64,000 nt of DNA. It comes from Torpedo marmorata (taxonomy: Eukaryota). The DNA is taken from contig CDRNVU010000061.1 in assembly GCA_977017645.1 (NCBI GenBank), positions 124,001 through 188,000 of the forward strand, written 5' to 3'. How positions within the stretch are numbered: the first letter of the stretch is position 1; each line of letters opens with the position of its first letter. This document shows positions 1 through 11,935 of this stretch, in pieces. Made by a program: the position numbers and the translations under genes. The notes beneath the pieces are model-generated. The model had not been told where the DNA came from, did no database searches, and saw only the letters and a list, made by a program, of their open reading frames with translations.

Positions 1-510
1 ACAATGAGATTAAATATGTATCAAATAGAATTTTTGCGAATTGCCTTAGCTGTTTCAATGAAATGCATTGCTATTACATGGAAATCTAATGTAGATTTAT
101 GGTTAGAAAGATGGCATGCATAACTCCGTTCATGTATACCACTTGAAAAAATTACTTATAATTTACGTAACAAATATAATTTATTTTTGAAAATGTGGAG
201 CCCATATATAAAGACTGTGGGTTTAAAGACTTGAGCATCTCTCTATATTAGGTCTGAATGGTGAATCGGTGTTCCATAATATAACCAATATATAATAGTT
301 TTTATTTAGACTGACATTCACCAATTATTATCTCTTTTTTCCTTTTCTTTAATTCTAAACTATATTAGAGTTGTAGGGGTGGGTGGGTGAGGGAGGGGAA
401 AGGGAAGGAGGGGAGGGTGAAAATATATCACATGTATTCTGATAATATAAATGTTATAAACACGTATTATCGTGTGATTTGAAATTTGAAATAAAATAAA
501 TAAAAATAAA
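1..510 (+). mobile_element. L1/Tx1-like LINE 3' end (ORF2 C-terminus, G-rich 3'UTR, A-rich tail)
   Basis: Translates to KCIAITWKSNVDL...SCIPLEKITYNLRNKY, homologous to the ORF2 end at 15941-16150. Purine tract at 375-420 and AATAAA-rich tail at 490-510. Confidence 0.85.
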
Positions 511-789
511 CTTGTAGATTAATTATCTTTGTTTTTTATGACCCCATAGTCATTATTACTAGTAGTGTACTCCATACCCTGGACAGAAGCCCTCATACGA
601 TGGGTTTTGATTATTAGATTAGTAATATATGGGTTTTTTATATTTTATTTTTCCATTTAATAGCATGGGTTCATATGTATCGTATTCACTGTTATTTGAT
701 ATTTGTAACGATATTAATTTACTTTATCATTATTACCATATGTACATATATATTTGCATATGTTAAAACCAATAAGAAAATTGAAAGTG

Positions 790-3700
790 GGAGAAATTCA
801 GAAGTACGTACTATTGCATCCCCCTTCCTGGTCTTGACTTGTACCGGCACGATTGAGAGTTTGCAGGTATCCTTACCGGCCCTGGTAAGGCCACTTGTCT
901 GAACCGAGGCTATAACACTGTTTTCTGCTGCTTCCTTTGTTTCTCTTTGCTCCTTTACCAGTTACTTATTCCTTTGGTGAATATGCTGCATTCTTGGATG
1001 CTTCAAATTGCATATGTTACCGCTACGTCGCTTCTTGCAGATTTTACTGATATGCCCTTTATACATACAGCCAAACCATACTCCATTTTCCTTTAAGAAA
1101 GCGATCTTCTCATTATGTTCCTTCTTTTCAAATTGTGAACACATTTCCAAAGCATGTCCACATTCACAGAACAAACAACTCTTCTCAGCAGGCAAATTCT
1201 CCTTTTCTTCAGTTACTTTATCATTTCCCTTACTTACAATTGACACTGTAGTGGCAAAGGTACTCCTTTTCAATTTCGGTCTAGGCTGTGAGTTGGACAT
1301 CCTTACATCTTCGCTCACTGTTACAGTATCCTTGATATTTCCAAATACTGGTACAGTTACGATCCGCATGTGCCATTCAAGGAACACCACAATATCCTAA
1401 AAGGTAGCATTCTTTCTATGTTTTGTCTGAAGTTTACACTCTCCTGTTCTCCACAAATCCTTCAGCCTATAAGGTAATTTGCTTGTGCTGATTAATATAT
1501 TAGAAAGTAAGTTAAGCTCACTCATGCGATCGATATCTCCCATGGCATTATAACATCCTCTTAAAGAGAGGGCGAAAGCTTTTAAAGCCTTTTTATCCTC
1601 CGCTTTTATTGATGGCCATGAAAGAAACTTCTCCATATAACCATTTCTATTTTATTCTCATTGCTAAAACGATCTTGTTGCAATGCCTTTGCCTTAGTGC
1701 ATCCACTTTCTGGATCCATATGCGGGCATATATCACAAGTTCCTTCGGCTGTCCTCCAGTGTACTGTTTCAGGTAATAAAGACGATCTCTGGTGTTTTTA
1801 TTCTTACTTTCAAGATTCAAGATTCAAGATTCAATTTATTGTCACAGCAATAAGACAGTGTCATATACCACGAACTTTCTTTTTGCCTGCTGCAAGGCAG
1901 ACGGATTCGCCATCGGCATAAATTGCCGAAGCGCCTCTAGCATTCCCTACAGTCAGAGAAAGAGCAGCGAAGGAGAGTACCCCCAGAGTCACCGAGTGTC
2001 CATAGATTCGCCGCCAGCGCTTCCGCAGCCACACAGAGTCCAGTCCAAACGATCGGCATCCCGAGCTCCAGATCTGAACCCCCAACACGGTCAGGTCGCC
2101 CTCGGCACCCCCTCGCATCCCGGTTCCGATACCTGGTACTCCTCCAGCCAGTTCGAGCCAACCTCCAGCAGTCCGCAGCCCGTCGTGAGTCCCCCGACAG
2201 CAGTCCCCAGCAGCCCACAGCCTCCGCGGGTTCCTCGCCTCGAGTCGCCAGCAGCCCGCCGCATGCACTGGTCCTTCAGCCTCAGAGCCCCTCACCGGTC
2301 CGCCGCTGTGCTCACCGTCCCATGGGTCGTCTCCTCCGCTTCTCCTTCTCAGACGGGTGTGGTATTCCCGTTCTCTGGTGTCCTGCTCCAGTCCTCCGCT
2401 TCCCCGGAATCTGCAGCCCCTCGTGGCTGCTGCCGATTAATAGGCGCTGCCATCTTGGGCGCAGACCCCGCGGTCGCGGGATCTCAAATAAAACCACCGT
2501 CGTTCTCCTTTAACGGGACGTCAAAAGCCCGTGCAGAACCGACGGCAGTCGCTGTGCGGCTGGACCCCGCGGGAGCGCTGTATCTCGCTCCCACGCTCCT
2601 CGCGGGTCCGCACCAGCGGCAGCGCTGCCGCTACAGCGGCCCCGGCAGCGCCGCCATCTTCAAAATATTTAATGAATGTTTGATACTGAAGTGGATCTCC
2701 GTTAACAAACTTAAATCGCCTTTTTGGGTAAGGAATAGATACCTTGTTGCTGCATTAATAAAGCAGTAATTTCATTTTGTTTTGCCATGATTGACAATAT
2801 ATTGTCTTGTTCACCGTGGCTTAAAGTTTGTACTGCAGCGGAAAACGTCACATGTCCTTCTTCACCCTGAATTTTATTACCTGACGGACGTGAATAGAAT
2901 TCTGGCTGGACAGATTGAAATCCGCTCATATCTCTGTCTGAGGGGAGGATTTGTCCATGTACATTCATGCCTTGTGACCGTGGTACAAAAGGTTCTGCCT
3001 TAGCATCAAATACTCTCATTTCACGTGACGACCTCTTACCAACCATCGGACCTCAGATACCTTTAAACCTGTCAGTACCTTCACATCAGCCTTCTTAGCA
3101 AAAGGTTTTGATTTCAAATCCAATTGTTCCCTTTTTCACCTTCGCTCCACTTGATGCTTCATTTTATGCCTCCTTAGCTGCCCCTTCTGGTTAATTTGCT
3201 GCCTTTGTAGCTGCTCCTCCTGGTCCGCTAAAGCATATTTCTCATCAAGCACATCTTGTTGTGCTTTAAGAGCGGCCAACTGAGCACGAACCTTTCTATA
3301 TGGAGATGAAGCACCTGAAGCGCGGGAAGCCCTGGAGCCCACATTGGAACTTGTTTTGCTTCTCCTGCTTCCAGCATTTGACACACTGTCTTCTGTATTT
3401 ACTTCTGGTACGTCCGTTGCTGCCCGGAAATCTGACTCCTTTTCAAATTCGAATCGTACATCCTCTTCCCTTTCGTCCTCTTCGCCGGCATTTTGTGACA
3501 CATCTTTAGCCATTACCGGACCACTGACTCTAGAATCAGCTGACGTCAACTGCAGTGCTTTCACGGAGACATTACTCTCATCAACCGAAGCTGCCTCTAC
3601 TCCTTCTTTAATTGCCAGCTTCAGTCTAGCGACGAGAGCACTTTTGTCCCCTGTTGTATCTCGCCCTCGTTGGCGCAGTTCTTTCATAAGTTCTGCCTTC

Positions 3701-3815
3701 TTCCACGTTTCGATACGTTGTGAATTAGCGCAGACTCCTGTAGCAGCGTCGGCTATTTCGCCTGTATCCATCTTGATGCTGAGTTCCCATCACAGAAAAA
3801 CAAGCAAACTCTACT
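790..3815 (-). mobile_element. BEL/Pao LTR retrotransposon gag to protease start, decayed; split by the insertion at 1810-2662
   Basis: DUF1759-like segment (WPSIKAEDKKALKAFAL...KLPYRLKDLWR), triple Cys/His knuckles (CLFCECGHALEMC; FGCMYKGHISKIC; NICNLKHP) and CKLSIVPVQVK just before the truncated protease site. Multiple frameshifts. Confidence 0.85.
1810..2662 (-). mobile_element. GC-rich non-autonomous retroposon, copy 1 (YY1-motif 5' end; AATAAA + (TCTTGAA)n tail)
   Basis: Interrupts the Pao gag frame (QYQTFIKYFE | SKNKNTRDRLYYL). The minus strand starts AAGATGGCGG and ends GACAATAAATTGAATCTTGAATCTTGAATCTTGAA. Colinear with 42780-43545. Confidence 0.8.
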
Positions 3816-3964
3816 GTTAGCAGTAAGCAAATCTCCACCGCAGCATCCGTAATTTATACTAGTAATTTGCAAGAAATGGCTTTACCGACGTGTCAACAAA
3901 ATCACAGATTAGAAGTTTCGAAATCTTTTTCTGGCCACTACTTAGGCTGATGGGTATGGATTAC

Positions 3965-5432
3965 ACACTGCAAAACAACTCTGCATTTCTAATTTGGCCG
4001 CCGAAACAACTTCCTGACTTCTCCCCGCCCTGACCTACAGGACATACCTTTAGCCAAAGCAGTGGTCACCTTTTATGTGGACGGTACATCGTCTGTCTCC
4101 GAAAGGGGGGACCGGTTGAGTGGATATGCCATTGTAGACGGCAAGAAGACCATTGTATCTTCTGCCCTGCAACCTCCCGTATCCGCCCAGAAAGCAGAAT
4201 TGTTTGCTCTCACCCGTGCTTGCATTTTGGCCTCAGATAGAGAAGCAACTATTTATACTGATTCCGGCTACGCCTTTGGGGTAGCGCATGATTTTGCAAC
4301 TTTTTAGTCTCACCGACATTTCTTGATCTCTACAGGGAGTTCCATTCACAATACCGCATATGTTAAAAATTTACTTCAGGCTATACTCTTACCCAAACAG
4401 TTGGCGATTGTAAAATGTTCGTCACACCTCCAGGATGACACCCCGGTCACGCAGGGAAACAATCGGGCCGATGCCGCTGCTAAATTGGCCTCCCGTGAGT
4501 CACAATATGTCGTTTTGACTTGTGATCGTGCAGCTGTGATTCAAGCTAACGATTCACCACCAGAAAAGGGTAAACCAAATATGATTATGATAATACAATT
4601 ACAGGGGGACGCCCCTGAAAATGAGAAACTGCTATGGGAGACACATGGGTGTTCGCACTCTGTGTCCACTGATCTCTGGGTCACCCTAGTCGGCCAAGAC
4701 TGTATACCCGATGTTCTTTTGCCTTTACATATTGATTGTTTACATACTGACACTCATCTTGGCAAGAGGAGAATGAGTAATGTTTTGTTAAGAACTTGGT
4801 GGCACCCATGATTACCTGAGGCATCACAGGAAGAGATATAGTCCTGCCTGATGTGCCAGAAAACAAATGTGGGCAAAGTACTAGCGTGTTCCCAAGGAAA
4901 AAGACCCCCATGCAAAGAGGACCCTTTGACTGTATACAATTGAATTCTATTGAATTACCACGCGCGCATTGTTATAAGTATTGTTTAGTAGTGATTGATG
5001 GATTGAAATTTACGCAACCACTAATAATAAAGCAGTTAAGGTGGTAAAACTCTTGCTTACTGAGATAAATCCAAGATTTGGATTTCCGGACAAGTAGGTT
5101 CCGATAATAGCCCACAGTTTGTGGGAAAAATCATCAAGGAGTTATGTCAGGCTTTGAATATTGCGGAGCGATTTCATTGCACCCACCATCCGAAGGCTGC
5201 GGGAATAGTGGAAAGGGCTAATGGCATGCTTAAAAATAAGATGAAGCAATGAACGGCTGAGACGGGATTGAACTGGATTAAGGTTCTCCCACTGGCTCTC
5301 TATCAAATGCGAATCATTTCCCATTCAAAGACTGGCGTGTCGGCAGCCGAGATAGTTTACGGACGTGCAGGGAGGACACCATGGGATGCCGACACGCAAC
5401 CCCCAGTACGAGAAGATTTAAATGTCATGGGA
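3965..5432 (+). mobile_element. Endogenous retrovirus pol: RNase H and integrase (gamma/epsilon-like, class I), pseudogenised
   Basis: RPDLQDIPL, FYVDGTS, SAQKAELFALTRAC, IYTDSGYAFGVAHDF, LAIVKCSSH, GNNRADAAAK; integrase HTDTHLG, SDNSPQF, HPKAAGIVERANG, NWIKVLPLAL. Confidence 0.9.
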
Positions 5433-8400
5433 GAGTTGCATTTGAGTGTTGGAGTGGGAGGAGCGACTGGTGACTAGTGCTTGGTGAGTAAGTATTTTTT
5501 GCAGTTGTAAAATTGTTTAAAAAGGGAGCTCTTTCGGGCCTAGGGAAAGATTAAGTGGTGATTAGTAGTAGTAAGAAATTTGGTATGAGAGTTAATTAGC
5601 AGTGACCTATAAAAGGAAGGGAAGTAGAGGGAGCGGCCAGTGGGGAGAGAGTGGCATAGAGAAGGAGTAGAGCTCTGAGGCTTTGGCTCGAGGCTTCGGA
5701 GAGAAGAGGCTGAGGAAGTACTACCGGTAAGGTTAAGTTTATTCCTATTTAATGTAGTGTAGTTAAGAGGGGTTATGGAGGCAGTTGGGTTAGTCATGTG
5801 TTCCGAATGCAGGATGTGGGAGGTCAGGGACATCACAAATGTTCCTGACGACCAAACCTGCAAAAGGTGCATCCAGATGCAACTCCTGCGAGACCATGTT
5901 AGGGAACTGGAGTTGCAGCTGGATGAACTTCGGATCATGAGGGAAGCAGAGGTAGTCATAGATAGAGAGACAGTCACCCCAAATAGACAGGAGTCAGCTA
6001 ACTGGGTGATTGTGAGGAAAGGGAAGGGGGGTGACAGACAGTGCAGGGAACGCCTGTGGCCGTTCCCATCAATAATAAGTATACTGTTTTGGATACTGTT
6101 GTGGGGAACGACCTACCAGGGACAAGTCGCGGGGGTCAGGTCTCTGGCACGGGGGATGGCCCCTCGGCTCAGAAGGGAAGGGGGAAAAGAGGAGAGCTTT
6201 TGTAATTGGGGACTCGCTGGTTAGAGGAACAGGTAGAAGGTTTACTGGACGAGATCGCAGCTCCCGGTTGGTATGTTGCCTTCCAGGTGCCAGGGTCAGG
6301 GATGTCTCTGATTGAGTACTCAGCATTCTGGAGTGGGAGGGAGAGCAGCCAGGTGTCGTCGTCCACGCGGGGACCAATGACATAGAAAGAAATGGGGATG
6401 AGGTCTGGAAGAAGGAATATAAGGAGTTAGGAAGGAAGTTAAAAAGCAGGACCTCGAGGGTGGTAATCTCAGGATTGCTGCCTGTGCCACGCGCATGAGA
6501 GGGTAGGAATAGGAAGATGTGGAGGATGAATGCGTGGCTAAAGAGTTGGTGCTGGGGAAAGGGGTTCACATTTGTGGATCATTGGAATCTCTTCTGGGGA
6601 AGGTCTAACCTGTACAAAAGGGAGGGGCTGCACTTGAACTGGAGGGGGACCAATATACTGGCAGGCAGGCTTGATAGAGCTAGTTTGGCAGGGGGGTGGG
6701 AATCAGAATGTAAATGCGGAGAGTAGGATAGATGAACACCTAGATTTGAAGGAAGAGAGGAACCAGAATGTTAAAGTTAATGAAGGAGAGGGTAATCAAA
6801 GGAGTGTATGTGGGGGACATTCTCTCAAGTGTATATATTTAAATGCAAGAAGCATTGTAAGAAAGGTGGATGAGCTTAGAGAATGGATTGATACATGGAA
6901 ATATGATATTGTAGCCATCAGTGAAAATTGGTTGCAGGAGGGGCATGATTGGAAGCTAAATATTCCTGGATTCCTTTGTTTTAGGCGTGATAGAACAGGG
7001 AGGTAAAAGGTGGAGGGATCGCAGTGCTTGTTCGAGAAAGCATTACAGCGGTACTATGGCAGGATAGATTGTAGGGCTCGTCCAGTGAGGCTATTTGGGT
7101 GGAATTGAGGAATGGGAAAGGCATGAAAACACTAATGGGAGTGTATTATAGACCACCGAATGGGCAGAGGGAATTAGAGGAGGAAATTTGTAAGGAGATA
7201 GAATATATGTGTAATAAGCATAAGGTGGTGATTATATGTGATTTTAAATTTCCACATGTTGACTGGGACGCCCATACTGTAATAGGGCAGGATGTTCGGA
7301 GTGTGACAAATGTGTTCTGGAAAGTTTCCTCAGTCAATACATAGAAAAAACAACGAGAGAGGGGGCAGTATTGAATCTCCTATTTGGGAACGAGATAGGT
7401 CAGGTGACAGTCGTTTGTGTTGGGGAACAGTTAGGGTCTAGTGATCATAATACCATTACTTTTAGGTTGATGATGGAGAAGGATAGGGCAAGTCCTAAGG
7501 TTGAGGTTCTTGATTGGAATAAGCCACATTTTGAGGAGATGAGGAAGGATTTAGAGGGTGAGGATTAGGATAATTTATTTTAAGGAAAGGATGTCACAGA
7601 TAAATGGAGGATATTCAAAGGAGAAATTTTGAGAGTACAGAGTCGGTTCGTCCCTGTGAGGATTAAAGGAAGAGTTAGAAAATACAGGGAGACTTGGTTT
7701 TCAAAGGATATTGGGAATTTGGTTCGGAGGAAGAGGGATGTGTACAACAGGTGTAGACAGCAGGGGATAGATGAGGTCCTTGAGGAATATAAGGAGTGTA
7801 AATAAATTCTTAAGAAAGAAAATAGAAAGGTTAAAAGAAGATATGAAGCTGCTTTGGCAGGCAAGGTAAAAATAAATACAAAGGGTTTCTACAGGTACAT
7901 AAAAAGCAAAAGAATAGTGAGGGATAAAATTGGGCCCATTGAGGATCAGTCGGGTAGGCTATGTGAGAAGTCAGAGGAGATGGGGGAGATTTTAAATGAA
8001 TTTTTTTCTACAGTATTTACAAAGGAAAGGATATTGAGCCAGGTGAAGTAAGGCAATCTGGCAGGCAGGTCATGGATAATATAAAGATTAATGAGGAGGT
8101 AGTATTGGCTATTTTAAAGAGTGTAAAGGTGGATAAATCTCCAGGTCCTGACAGGATATTCCCGAGGACACTGAGGGAGGTTAGTGTACAAATAGTGGGG
8201 GCTCTGACAGAAATATTTAAAATGTCACTGGCAACGGGGGAGGTGCCGGAGGATTCGAGGGTAGCTCATGTTGTCCCGCTGTTTAAGAAGGGCTCCAAAA
8301 GTAAACCTGGAAATTATAGGCCTGTGAGTCTGACATCGGTAGTGGGTAAATTAACGGAGAGTGTTCTTAGAGATGGTGTATACAGTTATTTGGAAAGACA

Positions 8401-9705
8401 AGCATTGATTAGGAGTAGTCAACACGGTTTTGTTCGTGGTAGATCATGTTTGACAAATCTCATAGAGTTTATCGATGAGGTTACTAAGAGGGCTGACGAG
8501 GGGAAGGCTGTGGATGTTGTCTATATGGACTTTAGTAAGGCATTTGACAAGTTTCAGCATAAGAGGCACGTTAGGAAGGGTCAAGCATTAGGTATTAACG
8601 ACGAAGTAGTGAAATGGATTCAACAATGGTTGCATAGGAGATGCCTGAGAGTAGTGGTGAAAAATTGTTTGTCAAATTGGAGGCCGGTGACTAGTGGAGT
8701 GCCTTAGGGATCGGTACTGGGTCCATTGTTGTTTGTCATATATATTAATGATCTAGATGATAGGGTGGTAAATTGGATTAGTAAGTATGCAGATGATACG
8801 AATATTGGTGGTGTTATGGACAGTGAACTGTATATCAAAGCTTGCAGGGGGATATTGGACAGTTAGAGGAGTGGGCGGAAACATGGCAGATGGAATTTAA
8901 TACTGATAACTGTGAGTTGCTACATTTTGGTAGGATTAATCAGCAAACGTCATACATGTTAAATGGAAGAAAATTGAGAAGTGCAGTAGAACAGAGGGAT
9001 TTAGGAATTCTGGTACATAATTCCCTGAAAGTTGAGTCACACGTTGTGTGAAGAAGGCATTTGGTATGTTGGCCTTCATAAATCAGATTATTGAATATAG
9101 GAATTGGGATGTAATGTTGAAGTTGGAAAAGGCATTGGTGAAGCCAAATTTGGAATATTGTGCGCAGTTTTGGTCGCCGAATTACAGGAAGGATATAAAC
9201 AGAATAGAGAGAGTGCAGAAGAGATTTACAAGAATGTTGTCTGGGTTTCTGGGTTTGAGTTATAGGGAAAGGTTGAACAGGCTGGGACTTTATTCCCTGG
9301 AGCGTAGAAGTTTGAGGGGTGATTTGATAGAGGTATTTAAAATTATGAAGGGGAAAGATAGAGTCAATGTGGACAGGCTTTTTCCATTGAGAGAGGGGAA
9401 GATTCAAACAAGAGGGCATGGATTGAGATTGAAGCGGGAAAGGTTTAGAGGAAACATGAGGGGGAATTTCTTCACTCAGAGGGTGGTAGGAGGGTGGAAC
9501 GAGCTTCCGGCCGAAGTGGTAGATGCAGGTTCAATTTTAATGTTTAAGGAAAAGATGGATAGGTGTATGGACGAGAGAGGTGTGGAGAGTTATGGAGCGG
9601 GTGCGGGTCAGTGGGACTAGGGGGGAGAATGTGTTCGGCATGGACTCGAATGGCCGAACTGGCCTGTTTCTGTGCTGTACATTTTATATGGTTATATGGT
9701 TATAT
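5433..9705 (+). mobile_element. Apparently full-length CR1 LINE (5'UTR, zinc-finger/coiled-coil + GDSL esterase ORF1, EN-RT ORF2, (ATATGGTT)n tail), decayed
   Basis: ORF1 CSEC..CKRC, GDSLVRG and VVHAGTND. ORF2 YLNARS, VYYRPP, GSSDH, KSPGPD, NYRPVSLTS, DFSKAFD, YADDT. Tandem tail at 9685-9705. Splits the ERV integrase. Confidence 0.93.
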
Positions 9706-11935
9706 GAACTGCAAATATATTTCCGACAGCTCAAATCCTCTTTAAAGTTCCTACATTCGCAGGTTAAAGAAATCTGTCAGACGCATAAGGATTCGGACTC
9801 GGACCGACCGAAAGTGGACATTGGAGACTTCTTTTTAATAAGAGACTGGGAGGGGGTAAAACGTGGACCCCGCTGGAAAGGAACTTTCCAGATTCTACTC
9901 GAGACGCCCTCTGCAGTTAAAGTACAGGGACAGGAACTTTGGATTCATTTGGGTGATTGCAAACGATGGCCCCAGAATATCCCTGAACAATGTTTTTGGA
10001 CTTTGTATATTTTTGCCTTTTGTTATATCTGTTTATACTCTACAGGATAATCTCTTTTACCAGATTCATCAACGATTGTATGGTAAACAGACGGTCTGTT
10101 AACCTCAACATCAGTCAGTAGAAACCTTGTTTGCAGCCACGCCATCACAGAGAATTTGGAAAGAGTTGATAATAGAGGAAACAAATGCTAAGTTATGCAA
10201 GCGAATAAAGGAAACAATTGTGAGGGCAGTAAGATGATGGTATATAGAAACTCATTAAAATCCTATAGAATTTCTAGATCTTAATAATTATACTGGGGGA
10301 GGTTCCAACGGGACCCGCTACAACAACATGTCAGACTTGTTACAAAACCAAACCAGCAACGACAGAAGACGCAATGCAAAAGGGGTAAAATGGGAATTTA
10401 TATTTATTACACAAAATTAAACATATAATTTCACAACAATTAACCCCACTATAAACGTCTATAAACACTATTCTTATCTAAAAGGTGTGTGTGTTAAGCC
10501 CAGACCATTACAGTCTGTGCCCAACCCTTATGTAAAAATGGAAAAACTTTCCAAAAAAAAACCCCAGGTCAGTCATAAAAAACAAGTCAGTCAAAAAAAG
10601 AGAATAATACAGTCCAAAAGATTCACTCTCTAAGTTCAGGCTTGACTTCAGCTTTGTGTCTGGTAGAAGTACTTCTGAATGAACGTTGGAGAGAGACAAT
10701 GACTGTTTATGCTTACAAATACTTGTTTTCTTCTCTGATGACGTCCCCTTCTTGTAGGTTCATTAGGATTGCAAGTTCCAGATCAGTATACCACTGATTT
10801 AGGCGTATGCTTGAATCTCACAGCCAGTCTCGCTGATCTCACGCCTGTTCTCCACAGAAGTAGCTTTTTCTCAGAATTTCTCTGAGACAGGAGGCCATGT
10901 GCTATTTTGTCAGTCTTTTCTCTGACTATGCACAACCCTGGATTTGGCTGTGTCCTGTAGCCTTTGCAACTTACAACTGTCTGCTTTTCCTGCAGAAATC
11001 TGCACCTGCTTTTTGCAAAAGTGAAACAAATGTATCTTGTCCAGTCTGTGTGTGTCTCTCTCTGGTCTCTCTCTGTCTGGGTACACCAAGAGTGCAACAA
11101 TGTATCTTGTCTGGGTACACCAAGTAGCTGGGGAAGTTAACTCTTTCAGTACCTGGCCCAGTGTATACTCCAAAAGACTTCATCCTTCCTGCTGACCGTC
11201 CGCAGTCCAAATGGTCAGTCATGGTCCATAACAGACTCCAAACACTACCCTTCACAAGCCCTCCGTAATAATAGTTATCCGTTATGTTTTCAACGAAATG
11301 TATGGGGCTGCGGGGTGGTTAAGGGTCGGGAAAATATTTCCTGTATCGAGGAACACTGTTGGACCCGTACCTGTTCTATTAAACAGGGACAATTCACTTG
11401 CAACGTTACCCAAAAATAATGCTTGCATTTATCTAAAGGGACACAACTTTTATGTTGGTATTGTAAAGGGACTGCCGGGCGTTATCGTGTCAAAGTGGGA
11501 AATGTTACGTTGCATATTAGTCCCATTTATAAAAATCCAAGAACCTGGTATCAAAGGATTAATTTTAACATTAAAACCTCTTTTTACAAAACTGGAAAGT
11601 GGTTTGTTTTCCTCTTCAATGGTACTTACACCACAGCAGTGCGTTCCACGGGCCTGCCAGCACTGTTCGCTATAGGACCTATCCGACACAGAGCGGTTCC
11701 GTGTCCACAGACAGCACCCACCAGAAAGAGACGAGTGACAAGGAGTGTCTCTGCCGAATTCTGCACCGACTATCGCAATCCCAACACCCTGGGAACCCCT
11801 GTAGGATGGGGCCTGCTCAGCTTCCTATCTATGGGATGGTCGGCAAGGGTAATAGCTACGATGAATCGGAACTACATGTTGTGTGGTCTTACCGCTGTGA
11901 AATAAACTCTCCAATCGACCTGGTATTGAGTGACC
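9706..11935 (+). mobile_element. ERV continuation: integrase C-terminus and env (SU, furin site, start of TM), split by a solo LTR
   Basis: GPRWKGTFQILLETPSAVKVQGQELWIH (GPY/F module). The env frame has a signal-like hydrophobic stretch, many Cys and N-x-S/T sequons, RKRR and a hydrophobic GWGLLSFLSMGW segment. Confidence 0.8.
10338..11233 (-). mobile_element. Solo LTR of a Gypsy element with 4-bp TSD GACT
   Basis: TGTTA...TAACA termini with GACT at 10334-10337 and 11234-11237. The reverse complement closely matches the LTR at 57429-58269. Confidence 0.93.

Noticed and set aside
1792-2769. 325-aa Pro/Ser/Ala-rich ORF
   Set aside because: Antisense read-through of a GC-rich insertion plus Pao flanks; not conserved in the second copy at 42780-43545.
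3815-3965. Possible short 5' LTR of the Pao element
   Set aside because: A TAACA-like end is present, but there is no second LTR, clear PBS or TSD to confirm it.
11298-11675. 125-aa ORF as env
   Set aside because: Alternative frame. The Cys/sequon-rich frame continuous with RKRR (11423 frame) is the better env candidate.
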